Source: Cyanobacteriota bacterium (GTDB lineage Bacteria > Cyanobacteriota > Vampirovibrionia > JBFMGH01). Taken from it: a stretch of 64,000 nucleotides of DNA. Of this stretch, positions 12,342 to 22,165 are shown in pieces; within the stretch, counting starts at the first letter, position 1, and every line of letters starts with the position of its first letter. The stretch is from the NCBI GenBank assembly GCA_040752795.1, contig JBFMGH010000608.1, positions 22,209 through 86,208 of the forward strand, in the 5' to 3' direction. The translations under genes were made by a program, and so were the position numbers. The notes under the pieces were generated by a model. That model was not told where the DNA came from. It ran no database searches and was given only the letters and a program-made list of their open reading frames with translations.

Positions 12342-13485
12342 CTATAAGTTTTCCTTTTTCTACTTTAAAGACATCAATATCATCAAACCACTTATCCTTA
12401 AAAGAGTCTAAATCTGTTGTGGTTATTATTGTTTGATTCTCAAAGCCTATACTTTCAAACAAAAATTCTTGTCTTGATAAATCTAATTCAGCCAAAACAT
12501 CATCTAAAAGCAGTATGGGTTCTTCTTTTAAAGAGTTTTTTATTAATTCAAGCTCTGATAATTTAAGTGAAAGAACTATGGTTCTTTGCTGTCCCTGAGA
12601 AGCAAAAGTATTTGCTTCTTTTTCTTCAATATAAAAACATATGTCATCTCTATGTGGGCCAACAAGTATCTGTCCTTTTAATATTTCTTCTTCTGTTTTT
12701 TCTTCTATTTTAAGACTATAGCTTTCTTTTATCCTTTCAATTGGTGGTAATTCATCAAGATGACACAAGAAATTATATCCTACAGTACTATTATAACTAA
12801 CGGTTAAATCATCTTTAGTTCCAGAGATCTGCAAATTTTTCTCTCTGGCAAAAGGAACCACTTCTTTTAAAAACTTCTCTCTTAAATAAATAACATTGCT
12901 TCCTGCCGTAGAAAGTTGATCATTCCAGGATTCTAGCATATTTAACTGAACTGAACTTAAATTAGTAGCATGACCATTAAAAGATTTAATCAAAGCTAGT
13001 TTTTGCTGTCTGATCTTATTAAAAATATTTAACCTGCTATAATAATTAGGGTATAACTGACAAATTGCTGTATCAATCCATTTTCTTCGGTCTTTAGGTG
13101 ACCCTCTAAGTAATAACAAATCGTCAACAGAAAAGCTAACAACCACAAATTTTCCTAAAAAGTCATTAAAAGAGCTCTTTTTTACTTTGTTAACTTTTAA
13201 AAGTTTCTGTTTTCCAGGGTTTATTGCAACACTTAAATCCAGAAAAACATTATCTGTTTTTTCTACAAGACCGGAGACAAAAGCATTCTCACTTCCCCAT
13301 CTAACATACTCTGAATCTGATGAAGCTCTTGATGAATCAAGTGTGGCTAAAAAACAAATAGCTTCCACTAAATTAGTTTTACCCTGTGCATTACCACCGA
13401 CTAAAACTGTTTTATTTTTATTAAACTGAACCTCAAGATTTTCATAATTTCGAAAATTTATTAACTTTAAAGATTTCAGAAACAT
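12334..13485 (-). CDS. recF: DNA replication and repair protein RecF
   Basis: 383 aa. It has the Walker A GGNAQGKTNLVEA, an SMC-like signature region and a Walker B (ILLLDDVLAELD), and lies downstream of dnaN. Confidence 0.9.
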   Translation of the reverse strand: MFLKSLKLINFRNYENLEVQFNKNKTVLVGGNAQGKTNLVEAICFLATLDSSRASSDSEYVRWGSENAFVSGLVEKTDNVFLDLSVAINPGKQKLLKVNKVKKSSFNDFLGKFVVVSFSVDDLLLLRGSPKDRRKWIDTAICQLYPNYYSRLNIFNKIRQQKLALIKSFNGHATNLSSVQLNMLESWNDQLSTAGSNVIYLREKFLKEVVPFAREKNLQISGTKDDLTVSYNSTVGYNFLCHLDELPPIERIKESYSLKIEEKTEEEILKGQILVGPHRDDICFYIEEKEANTFASQGQQRTIVLSLKLSELELIKNSLKEEPILLLDDVLAELDLSRQEFLFESIGFENQTIITTTDLDSFKDKWFDDIDVFKVEKGKLIDG

Positions 13486-13574
13486 AAACTATCTTCTTTT
13501 TTCGTACATACTAAAGTCTATACTAAACAAATTAAAGGGTCAGTAAACTCTTACAAAAGTGCTTTAAACACCAT

Positions 13575-13600
13575 AAAACCGGGCCATTGAGTCCGGTTTT
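13575..13600. terminator. Stem-loop (AAAACCGG ... CCGGTTTT) between dnaN and recF, possible attenuator or bidirectional terminator
   Basis: An 8-10 bp inverted repeat with a 6-10 nt loop, whose arms include A/T tracts on both strands. It lies in the 132-nt dnaN-recF spacer. Confidence 0.35.
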
Positions 13601-13617
13601 ATCTATAAATAATTCTT

Positions 13618-14730
13618 TTACTTAACCTGAACAGGCATTATCAAGCAGAGATACCCTTCGTCCTCATCTGTTTTTAACAATGCAGGCGCTAAGCTTCCGC
13701 CAAACTCCATTCTAACATCATGAGATTCTATAACTTGCAGCGCTTCTACTAAAAACTTATAATTGAATGCTATTTTTAAGCCACCTTCTTTAAAATCAAC
13801 TTCCATTACATCAGAAGCATCTCCCATATCTGGTGTATTAGCGCTTAAATTTAGCTTATGTTTTTCAAAATCAAGTTTTACAATATTTGTTCTTTCATTG
13901 GCCATAACAGAAGTACGTCTTATAGAAGAAACAAGATCTTCTCTATTTGCTCTTACTATTGTTTCGTAATTAGCCGGGATTAGCTTTGGATAATCAGGAT
14001 ATCTTCCTTCTAGCAATCTAGATAACAGATATCTATCTGTAAGCCTAAAAGATATTTGACCTTCTGAAATTCCTATATAAAGCTCTTCATAGCTACCTGA
14101 ACTTGAAATTCTCAATAATTCATCTAAGATTCTTGTTGGTACAACTACAGAAAACTCTTTTTCTAAAGTGTTAGGTAGTTTTGTTTGTTTTCTGGCTAAC
14201 CTGTTACCATCAGTTGCTGCCACTTCAATCTCGTCATTTTTTATACTTAAATATACTCCGCTTAACACGTTATTTGATTCAAAGCTTGCAGCTGCAAATT
14301 TTGTTTGTCTTATAGACTTTAAGTATAATTCTAGCTCTATTTTGAACTCTTCTTTTTCTTGTATCCTGGTTATTTTAGGAAATTCATCTGCGCTTATGCC
14401 CATTATTTCAAATTTTGCTTGTGCGGAATTAATTTTGGCTATCATTTTTTCAGTATTAATATCAAATGAAACACTTTCTCCTGATAAATTTGTTGCAATT
14501 TCTATCAGTTTTTTTGCCTGTAGTGTTATTTGCCCTTCTTCTGTTACCGTTGCCGGTATTATTGCTTCAACCGATATATCAAGATCTGTTGCAACAAGTT
14601 TTAAGCTTTTTGAATCTATTGCATCTATTAAGATATTTGCTAATATTGGTTGAATTCCTCTGGAGGTTGTAGCTTTAGATACAGCGTTTAAAGCGTTTAA
14701 CAAGTTTTCTTTTTGAACTACAAATTGCAT
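13618..14730 (-). CDS. dnaN: DNA polymerase III beta sliding clamp
   Basis: 370 aa with a three-domain clamp architecture. The start is MQFVVQKENLLNALNAVSKA and the end is LIMPVQVK. It is directly upstream of recF. Confidence 0.9.
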   Translation of the reverse strand: MQFVVQKENLLNALNAVSKATTSRGIQPILANILIDAIDSKSLKLVATDLDISVEAIIPATVTEEGQITLQAKKLIEIATNLSGESVSFDINTEKMIAKINSAQAKFEIMGISADEFPKITRIQEKEEFKIELELYLKSIRQTKFAAASFESNNVLSGVYLSIKNDEIEVAATDGNRLARKQTKLPNTLEKEFSVVVPTRILDELLRISSSGSYEELYIGISEGQISFRLTDRYLLSRLLEGRYPDYPKLIPANYETIVRANREDLVSSIRRTSVMANERTNIVKLDFEKHKLNLSANTPDMGDASDVMEVDFKEGGLKIAFNYKFLVEALQVIESHDVRMEFGGSLAPALLKTDEDEGYLCLIMPVQVK

Positions 14731-14879
14731 TTTCCCCTCTCCTTAATTAGGTTCTTCTCAATATCATACCTCAACATTCAGATATGTTACACAGAAAAAA
14801 TTACTCAATTTCATTTTATATTACATGAATTACTCTAATAAATATATTAAATATTTAATTAGTTACAGTAGTAACCTCA

Positions 14880-15056
14880 ATTTTTTGTAGAAAACTGGTT
14901 TAAAGTTAATGATAGCTTAAAAAATAAATGTTCAAAAACTGTCAAAAAAGTGTATAAAATTAAAAAAGTTTTCTACAGGGGACTTTTTTTCTACAGCATG
15001 GTTTGACAGTCATGCAGGGCTTTTTAACATGTTTTCTACAGGTTTTCTACATGTGG
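14880..15056. promoter_or_regulatory. Cluster of four direct and one inverted copy of GTTTTCTACA(G) in the dnaN leader, candidate divergent DnaA boxes (oriC)
   Basis: Direct copies lie at about 14969, 14988, 15031 and 15044. The inverted copy TGTAGAAAAC lies at about 14887. The motif matches the DnaA box TTATCCACA at 7 of 9 positions. An AT-rich stretch at 14800-14880 is adjacent. Confidence 0.4.
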
Positions 15057-15581
15057 TTACATGCTTTTCTCTGTACGAACAACCTCTAATTAGCATTCTG
15101 GTTTGTTCTTTGGTTTTTATTTCTCCTTAATTATCTTTTGAGCATGTTTTCTGAGATATAATTAGAAGACTTAAATGCTATCTCATGATTTAAGAGTTGT
15201 AACCACCATGCAAAAACATTTCTTCCATGATTTATTTAAAAGTTGAACATGGGATTTTCTTTATTGCACATGTTGATACAATATCTTGATCATGCGAAAA
15301 CCATGTCTGACATGTGTTTTGACTATACAACATTTACGTTAATAATATTATAACATACTCAATATTTTGTTGTATACATGAAGTCTTTAGATCTTTTTAT
15401 GTTGCTTGAAAGGATCAGGTTTTAATTGTTTAGAACGTTTAAAAATCTTTCTGATTGTTTCTTTATCTTAAATAACTCAGTTTTAGAAGCTGCAGGTAGT
15501 TGTTTTATTGTCGTTCATCTAAATAAAACAGAAAGAACATTACGTTCTTTCTGTTTGTATCTTAATAAGTGTATATAAAAA

Positions 15582-16541
15582 TTATTCTATAAAAGCTCCC
15601 ATTTTTCTGAATTTTTCATATCGGCTTGATTTTAAGGTTTCTTTAGAAAGTCCATCAAGTTCTTCTAAAGCATTTACAATTGTATTCAGCATGTTTTTTG
15701 CTGTATATTCAGGGTCATTATGAGCTCCACCTGTTGGTTCTTTTATGATTCCATCGATAATGCCCAGTCTTAACAAATCCTCAGCTGTTAGTTTTAGGGC
15801 TTCTGCTGCATCGGAAGCCTTTTCAGCGCTTCTGAATAATATTGAGGCACAGCCTTCAGGTGATATTACGGTGTAATAGGCATGTTCTAAAAGATAAACT
15901 TTATTGGCTACAGCCAACCCTAAAGCACCTCCTGAGCAGCCTTCGCCTGATATTATTGATACAAATGGAACAGTTAAATTGGCCATTTCTCTGAGGTTAA
16001 AGGCTATAGCTTCACCCTGTCCGGTCTCTTCTGCTTTTATACCAGGGTATGCTCCAGGTGTATCAATAATAGTAACTATAGGCATTCCAAATTTATTTGC
16101 GTGATAAAAAAGTCTTAATGCTTTTCTATAGCCTTCTGGTTGTGGCATGCCAAAGTTGTGTTCCAGGTTTTCTCTTGTACTATTGCCTTTTTGTGTTCCT
16201 ATAAGCATTATAGATCTTCCGTTAAGCTGGGCTATGCCGCCTATAATAGCTCTGTCGTCTGAGCCATGCCTGTCCCCGTGTAATTCTACAAAGGTGTCTG
16301 TTATAAGGCTAACATATTGCTTAAAAGTGGGTCTTTTTTGATGCCTGGAGATTTGAACTCTTTGGGAAGGCTTCAAGTTAGTGTATAAATCTGTTTTAAA
16401 AGTTTCAGCCTGCTTTCTTAATACAGATATTTGATCCTCTAGATCTATACCTGTTTCAGCACTCAGAGATTTTAGTTCTTCAATTTTTGTTTCAATTGTA
16501 TGTATGGGTCTTTCAAACTCTAAAGGAGTTGCATTTTTCAT
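15582..16541 (-). CDS. accA: Acetyl-CoA carboxylase carboxyltransferase subunit alpha
   Basis: 319 aa. The carboxyltransferase alpha fold is evident (RHQKRPTFKQY, GAYPGIKAEETGQGEAIA), and it lies immediately downstream of accD. Confidence 0.9.
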   Translation of the reverse strand: MKNATPLEFERPIHTIETKIEELKSLSAETGIDLEDQISVLRKQAETFKTDLYTNLKPSQRVQISRHQKRPTFKQYVSLITDTFVELHGDRHGSDDRAIIGGIAQLNGRSIMLIGTQKGNSTRENLEHNFGMPQPEGYRKALRLFYHANKFGMPIVTIIDTPGAYPGIKAEETGQGEAIAFNLREMANLTVPFVSIISGEGCSGGALGLAVANKVYLLEHAYYTVISPEGCASILFRSAEKASDAAEALKLTAEDLLRLGIIDGIIKEPTGGAHNDPEYTAKNMLNTIVNALEELDGLSKETLKSSRYEKFRKMGAFIE

Positions 16542-16544
16542 TGT

Positions 16545-17459
16545 TTAATTACCTGCCATTGTTTCTACTTTTTTCTTTTGAGGGTATATTTTTTCTGGGC
16601 TATGTAGGTTAAGAAGAGTATAAAGAGTTTCTTTTAAATCTTTTCTGTGACTGATCATATCTACTTGACCAAATTTAAAAAGATATTGAGCTGTTTGGAA
16701 GTCAGAAGGCAGCTTTTGTCGTATAGTTTGTTCTATTACTCTTCTTCCGGCAAATCCAATTCTGGCATCTTTTTCTGCTATTAGAATATCACCAAGTGTT
16801 CCATAGCTTGCTGTAACCCCACCAAAGGTTGGTTCTGCGAGAATAGATATATAAAGAAGTTTTTCTTCATGCATTCTGGCAAGTGCACAACTTGTTTTTG
16901 CCATTTGCATTAAGCTTAGAATTCCTTCTTGCATCCTTGCACCACCAGTTGAGGTTATAGTAATAAGAGGGATTTTTTTCTCCAGGCAACCTTCAATAAG
17001 TCTGGTTGTTTTTTCTCCTACTACGGAACCCATGCTTCCACCCATGTAGGAAAAGTCCATGGCACCAAAACCAACCTGGTAGCCATTGATATATCCATAG
17101 CCTGTTATTATTGCTTCATTAAGCCCTGTTTTCTTGAGAGCCTCTTCCTGTCGTTCAAGGTAAGGCATTGTGTCATGGAAATCCAGGGGATTGGATGGTT
17201 TTATATGAGCATTGATTTCTTCAAAAGTGTTTTCGTCTAAGAGATGATAAATTCTTTCTTTTGCGCCAATACGAAAGTGATAGTCGCAGAAGGGACAAAC
17301 AAAGATGTTCTTTTTAAGTTCTTTTGTTAGAATGCTTTTCTCGCAATAGTTGCATTTCTTCCACAGTTTTTTGACTTCTTTGTCTGTGAGAGGTATATCA
17401 CCTAGTTTTATTTCATTTTTACTTTTTTTTCTATTTGCGAACCAGTCTGTTAAGGTCAT
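16545..17459 (-). CDS. accD: Acetyl-CoA carboxylase carboxyltransferase subunit beta with N-terminal Zn ribbon
   Basis: 304 aa. It has the CNYCEKS...CPFCDYH zinc ribbon followed by the carboxyltransferase beta domain (GGSMGSVVGEK, GGARMQEG). Confidence 0.9.
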   Translation of the reverse strand: MTLTDWFANRKKSKNEIKLGDIPLTDKEVKKLWKKCNYCEKSILTKELKKNIFVCPFCDYHFRIGAKERIYHLLDENTFEEINAHIKPSNPLDFHDTMPYLERQEEALKKTGLNEAIITGYGYINGYQVGFGAMDFSYMGGSMGSVVGEKTTRLIEGCLEKKIPLITITSTGGARMQEGILSLMQMAKTSCALARMHEEKLLYISILAEPTFGGVTASYGTLGDILIAEKDARIGFAGRRVIEQTIRQKLPSDFQTAQYLFKFGQVDMISHRKDLKETLYTLLNLHSPEKIYPQKKKVETMAGN

Positions 17460-17476
17460 AATGATATATTATACTC

Positions 17477-19384
17477 CTATTTTAGCTCTACATCAGGATT
17501 TAATATTTTCATTTTATCGAAATTAAAGGCGGATCGGCCTGACCCTAAGAAGAGATCTATGCCAAACAAAGATCTTTTTCTTGAAATATCGTAACCTATA
17601 CGAAATTTAAAATCTTCAGGGCCTACTCTAGCATAAAATTGGTTTTCCGTCATAAGTCTTGGTTCGGGTCCGTTTTTAGAAAGATTCATGCTTCTTATGT
17701 TACCGATGCTAAGATATTTGCAAATCTTAAAATCACCAGCCAATAATAAATTGCTTGTGCCACGTATAAATTCATCAAAGACAAAAGGAGTATGCCCCCA
17801 TATTCCTGCTTGAAAGTAGGAAGTGTTTAGAGAAAGTCTCCAGAGGTTCCAGTCAATTCTTGGTCCGCCTCTTAAAATTGTATAAGTATTACCTGTTCCA
17901 TAGGCGGCAAAATTAACCTGTGTTTGAAGGCGTAGTTTAATATAGTCTTTCAGGCTTAAAATAGGCTCATCACTCATTAAATTTGCCTGAACCTGTACTC
18001 TTGGTGTTGTTATACCATAGTCTACATCCCTTGCTATTCCCCCGGATATTCTTGTTGAGAGGGTATGTTTTAATGCTGTAACGACTTTTCTCTCATCAAC
18101 GAGTTCAGCAAGATAGAGTGGTCTATAAAAACCCATTCCCATAAAGCCTGTTTCAGGGTACTCATTGACATAGTATTTTATTTTGGTTGTATCTCTGAAT
18201 ATTTTCTGTTCACCTTTAACAACCAGCCTGTCTGCTGTTGATGTGTAACCGATATCAGTGTTATTTATAGGGGATCTGAAGCGTGCTATTCCGCCACCAC
18301 CTACTACGTGTTTTCTTCCGGCGGCAGAGAATACCGGGGAAATTCTCAACATAGAGTTTTTAGGTAGGTCTAGTGTAAGGCTTGGGCCGAAGTATATGCC
18401 AGCAATATTTTTATCAAAACCTACTTCAGGTAGCATCGCTTCTACAATTTTAGATTCATCACCTATTGTAAGAGTCATTCTTGGGAGTCTTGCCAGCTTA
18501 AATCTGCCAATATAAATTTTTGCATCTTTTACAATAAGATTTTGAGTTTTCTTTGCTCTGTCTAGTTCAATTTCTCTTGCTACAATCTTATATTTAGGAG
18601 GTTTGTTTTGGGGGTTGGCTGGTATAACCGTTCTGTATCCAGGCATGTTTTTTTTGATTTCTTCCGGTTTATAGACGCCAGCGGTAAGAGAAAGGTCAAG
18701 TTTTTCTTGCTCAAGGATAGCAGCCCCGTCATTTAATTCTATGAGTTCAGGATACAACACTGCCTCTTTTGCTTCCATTCTTACTCTCTCTATGACAGTG
18801 TTTGGATTGTTTATGAGAGCAGATTCTTTATCAAGCTCAACACGAGCGTAATCACCGTTTATAACCTTGTCATCTTTTGTTATTTGAAGATTGCCTTCTG
18901 CTGTTATATATTCTCCAGATTGGTAATAAATGACCTTATTTGCAGTTAGTATTGCATTTTGTCCTTCTACTACTACTTTTGCGTTTCCTGTTGCTACAAA
19001 CATATCCTGATCCTGAATATATTCGAGCTTATCGCTATCTACTTTTATAACGACTGCACTTGCAGATAAGGTTTTATTTTCTTTCTCTTCTTCGTCTTTC
19101 TTTGTTGATTTCTTGTGTTTTGTTTTTTTCTTTTTTTGGTGATCTGTTTTAAGTTCTTTTTCTGGGGGGATTTCTTCTTTTATTTCTATTTCTTCCTGCC
19201 CTGATTCTGTTGGTTCTATTTTTGGTGCTTCGTTATCAGTCAGAGATTCGTTTTTAGTTCCTTCAGAAAGATAGTCTAATACAGGTAGATCTGTCTTTGT
19301 TTGAGCAAATATTTGATTGGTGAGAAATAAAAATGTTAATAAGCTTATAATTAAGATACTTTTGTTTTTTGTTTTTAAGTTCAT
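17477..19384 (-). CDS. OstA/LptD-like outer-membrane protein
   Basis: 635 aa. It has a signal peptide (MNLKTKNKSILIISLLTFLFLTNQIFAQT), a K/E-rich linker and an OstA-N-like beta-jellyroll (VVIKVDSDKLEYIQDQDMFVATGNAKVVVEGQNAILTANKVIYY). The large C-terminal region is beta-rich. Confidence 0.55.
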   Translation of the reverse strand: MNLKTKNKSILIISLLTFLFLTNQIFAQTKTDLPVLDYLSEGTKNESLTDNEAPKIEPTESGQEEIEIKEEIPPEKELKTDHQKKKKTKHKKSTKKDEEEKENKTLSASAVVIKVDSDKLEYIQDQDMFVATGNAKVVVEGQNAILTANKVIYYQSGEYITAEGNLQITKDDKVINGDYARVELDKESALINNPNTVIERVRMEAKEAVLYPELIELNDGAAILEQEKLDLSLTAGVYKPEEIKKNMPGYRTVIPANPQNKPPKYKIVAREIELDRAKKTQNLIVKDAKIYIGRFKLARLPRMTLTIGDESKIVEAMLPEVGFDKNIAGIYFGPSLTLDLPKNSMLRISPVFSAAGRKHVVGGGGIARFRSPINNTDIGYTSTADRLVVKGEQKIFRDTTKIKYYVNEYPETGFMGMGFYRPLYLAELVDERKVVTALKHTLSTRISGGIARDVDYGITTPRVQVQANLMSDEPILSLKDYIKLRLQTQVNFAAYGTGNTYTILRGGPRIDWNLWRLSLNTSYFQAGIWGHTPFVFDEFIRGTSNLLLAGDFKICKYLSIGNIRSMNLSKNGPEPRLMTENQFYARVGPEDFKFRIGYDISRKRSLFGIDLFLGSGRSAFNFDKMKILNPDVELK

Positions 19385-19528
19385 GTTTATTCTGCTTATA
19401 CCTTATTGTTTCGCTATGATTGTTTTTCTTACATTTGTGCTTCTCAGTTTTGTGTAGTATATCACATTTAATAGAAGCAATTTGCATTGTATAGTTTATA
19501 AAATAAAGTTTTATTAATAATTACAGAG

Positions 19529-20713
19529 TTATCTTATGTATCCCATAGGGTTAGTGTGTTTACCGTTTATTCTGACTTCAAAGTGTAAATGTGGACCAGT
19601 AGAGTAGCCAGTGCTTCCCTCATAACCTATTACACTTCCTTTTGACACTTTTTGACCTTTGCTTACGTTAATAGATGACAGGTGAGCGTATAATGTTGTT
19701 ATGGATTTGCCATGGTCTACAATAACAACTTTTCCATAACCACCATACCAACCTGTATAGATAACATTGCCACCGTTAGCAGACTTAATAGGAGATCTGT
19801 TTTTTCCAGCAATGTCTACTCCAGTATGAAACTTTCTTGATTTAAATATAGGGTGTCTTCTCCATCCATATGGAGAAGAAATAGCACCATAAACCGGCCT
19901 GATAAAGGCCCCTGTCGCATAGGAGATTGTGTTACTGGTTGTTGCAGTTAAGGCTCGAATCTGATTTTCTATATCATTAGAGGCCCTTGCTAGCTCTCTT
20001 TCAGCAGACTCGTAAGAGAGTCTGTCAGTTTTTAGCTTTGTTACTAGTTCTTTATTTGCGTTTATTGCAATAGATATTTCTTTTTTCTGGCTGTCTATTC
20101 TATTTATTGTTGAAATAATTTGTTCTTTCTGTTCCCGCAGGTTTTGTCTGATTAATACTAATTCCCTTGTTTTTTCTTTTAGTTTATCAAGAACCTCTTT
20201 GTCTCTTTGAATCATTCTTTGTTGATAATAGAGATTATCTATAAATGTTGTTATATCCTTAGCTCCTAATATCATATGTAATAGGCTAAGGTGTTCACCT
20301 TTATAGATTTGTCGGATTCTTTTAGCTGCTTCGGCCTTTAATTTTAGCTGATCGTTATTTAGTTTTACAAGGCTAGACTCCAGGTTATCCAGCTGGTTTT
20401 TGGCAAGAGTTAGTCTGTATTGCTGATCCCTAAGAGATGTTGTGGCATAATCAAGACGATGCTGGTTTGATAATAGTTCTTGTCTGGCCTTATGCTCTTT
20501 TTGCTGGATAAGTTGTTTCTTTTGCTTTATTTGAAGAATTCTTTTGTTTATATTTTGTTTGTTTCTAATATATTCTTCAACACGTTTATTTTTGCTGGCA
20601 GCTGAAACTACAGGTGTTTCTATGAAAATAAAACAACAATAACAGGTTATAACAGCCAATAGAGTCCATACCTTAACAGGAGCAGGTATTTTACCAAATA
20701 GTTTAAATAGCAT
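19529..20713 (-). CDS. M23/LytM family peptidase with N-terminal coiled coil (EnvC/NlpD-like)
   Basis: 394 aa. A signal anchor is followed by a long coiled coil and a C-terminal LytM domain with intact HTGVDIAG and HLHFEV metal ligands. Confidence 0.8.
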   Translation of the reverse strand: MLFKLFGKIPAPVKVWTLLAVITCYCCFIFIETPVVSAASKNKRVEEYIRNKQNINKRILQIKQKKQLIQQKEHKARQELLSNQHRLDYATTSLRDQQYRLTLAKNQLDNLESSLVKLNNDQLKLKAEAAKRIRQIYKGEHLSLLHMILGAKDITTFIDNLYYQQRMIQRDKEVLDKLKEKTRELVLIRQNLREQKEQIISTINRIDSQKKEISIAINANKELVTKLKTDRLSYESAERELARASNDIENQIRALTATTSNTISYATGAFIRPVYGAISSPYGWRRHPIFKSRKFHTGVDIAGKNRSPIKSANGGNVIYTGWYGGYGKVVIVDHGKSITTLYAHLSSINVSKGQKVSKGSVIGYEGSTGYSTGPHLHFEVRINGKHTNPMGYIR

Positions 20714-20730
20714 TTACTTATATTAATCCT

Positions 20731-20835
20731 TTATCTGAAAAGCAAAGGAAGTAACATTGCACTAACTGTCCACAGAATAAATGAAAGAGCTATTATTGCA
20801 ACAATAATTTTGCTATTTTTGCGTAAAAATTCCAT
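20731..20835 (-). CDS. Unlisted 34-aa single-TM small protein immediately upstream of the M23 peptidase gene
   Basis: Hand-translated from the minus strand as MEFLRKNSKIIVAIIALSFILWTVSAMLLPLLFR*. An AGGT lies 8 nt upstream of the ATG. The stop is 17 nt before the M23 start. It is below the 60-aa cutoff of the ORF track. Confidence 0.3.
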   Translation of the reverse strand: MEFLRKNSKIIVAIIALSFILWTVSAMLLPLLFR

Positions 20836-21097
20836 AGATTTTACCTATATGAAATTTCATTTGTCACTACAATTTCTTTATATTTTACCCTACATTTACC
20901 ATAATGAAAATTAATTGTTGAGTTTAATGAAATAGAAGTCTTTGAAGTTTTATAGGAAGTAGATTTAGCCCTGTTTTGAAATGTAAATTTAATTTATGAA
21001 TAAAAAAAGTTTGATCATGTTCAAAACATGTTCAAAACTTATTGCCAAAATGTAATCTTCTTTGTTTGTCGGGGTTTTTGTTTGTCGAAAAGTTCTG

Positions 21098-22165
21098 TCA
21101 AAAAATTTTAAAATTATTTTTAGGCCATATAACAGAATGAATTTTGCCTTTAATAAATTTTTTATCAACTTCAGACCATATTCTACTATCCTGGCAGGCA
21201 TTTCTATTATCTCCTAGTACGTAGTAGTAGTTTCTTGAGATAGTTTTTTCTTCACAATGTCTGGCCATCGTGCAAATAATATTGTTATCAGGTTCTTTTA
21301 TATATTTTTCTTCAATTTTTGTTTTGTTTAAGAGAATTCCTTTTTCTCTGTTTATTTCTATTGTATCGCCATTTTTAGCCAATAGTCTTCTTATATAGAC
21401 TAAATCGTTGTTTTTTATATCTTTAAAGAGGGTCTTAAATGGTAAATCGATTTGTCCGGGCCTTATAGGAGATTCCAGGTAAAGCAGGTCATCTTTTTGT
21501 GGTTTTTTAACCAGGCCAGATATTTTATCTACGACTACAAGGTTTCTTGAAAGAAGAGTGGGGCTCATATCTTTGTTAGAAACTAAAACAAAATCAACTA
21601 TTTCAAGACGCAAAGGAATAAAAGAGATATAAATAAGGGGATTAAGAACGATAAGAAAGAATATAAAGAGAGACAATAATAAGTTACTGCTTTTAATGTA
21701 GTCTTTATTTATTATAGACGCAAGTTTTTTTTTAATAATATAAAAAGAAGCAATTGTGCAGACAAAAGAAAAAACAACAAAAAGTAATCCTGTGTAGATG
21801 TTAAAAGTTAATGTGACAAATAGCCCAATAAATAAGCTTATCACTATTATATTTGCAGGCATAAATACGAGAAGACTACTTATAACGGTTGTTTCTTTCC
21901 TTGTTATATTGTTTGTTTTCTCCTTTGAATATGCGACTTTTAAAGCTAGTCCGCAGAAAATGTTATACAGCATGCCTATTGATGAGGAAAATAAAAATAA
22001 TAGAAAGATTTCTAGCCAGGAAATGTTTGAATAAATGTTGAAGACCTTACTTGTGGAGAGTAATATTGCATAGAAAATGGGTAGGCCAATAATGCAAAGA
22101 AAACAATGATAGCTTGAGCCTTTAAAAGTAAGGTTATTTATAAGTTTTTCTGTGTTGCTGGCCAT
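21098..22165 (-). CDS. lepB: Signal peptidase I (S26) with unusually long polytopic N-terminal extension
   Basis: 355 aa. The C-terminal half has S26 motifs (DMSPTL catalytic Ser region, KRLLAKNGDTI, GDNRNACQDSRIWS). The N-terminal half, about 170 aa, contains 5-6 TM helices. Confidence 0.75.
   Translation of the reverse strand: MASNTEKLINNLTFKGSSYHCFLCIIGLPIFYAILLSTSKVFNIYSNISWLEIFLLFLFSSSIGMLYNIFCGLALKVAYSKEKTNNITRKETTVISSLLVFMPANIIVISLFIGLFVTLTFNIYTGLLFVVFSFVCTIASFYIIKKKLASIINKDYIKSSNLLLSLFIFFLIVLNPLIYISFIPLRLEIVDFVLVSNKDMSPTLLSRNLVVVDKISGLVKKPQKDDLLYLESPIRPGQIDLPFKTLFKDIKNNDLVYIRRLLAKNGDTIEINREKGILLNKTKIEEKYIKEPDNNIICTMARHCEEKTISRNYYYVLGDNRNACQDSRIWSEVDKKFIKGKIHSVIWPKNNFKIF

Noticed and set aside
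14168-14672. 161-aa and 68-aa plus-strand ORFs inside dnaN
   Set aside because: They are antisense to dnaN. Their hydrophobic, Leu-rich translations are typical of reverse-frame artefacts in AT-rich DNA.
17477-19384. Calling this protein definitively LptD
   Set aside because: Only the OstA-N-like domain is recognisable by eye. At 635 aa it is short for LptD, so I kept it as OstA/LptD-like.
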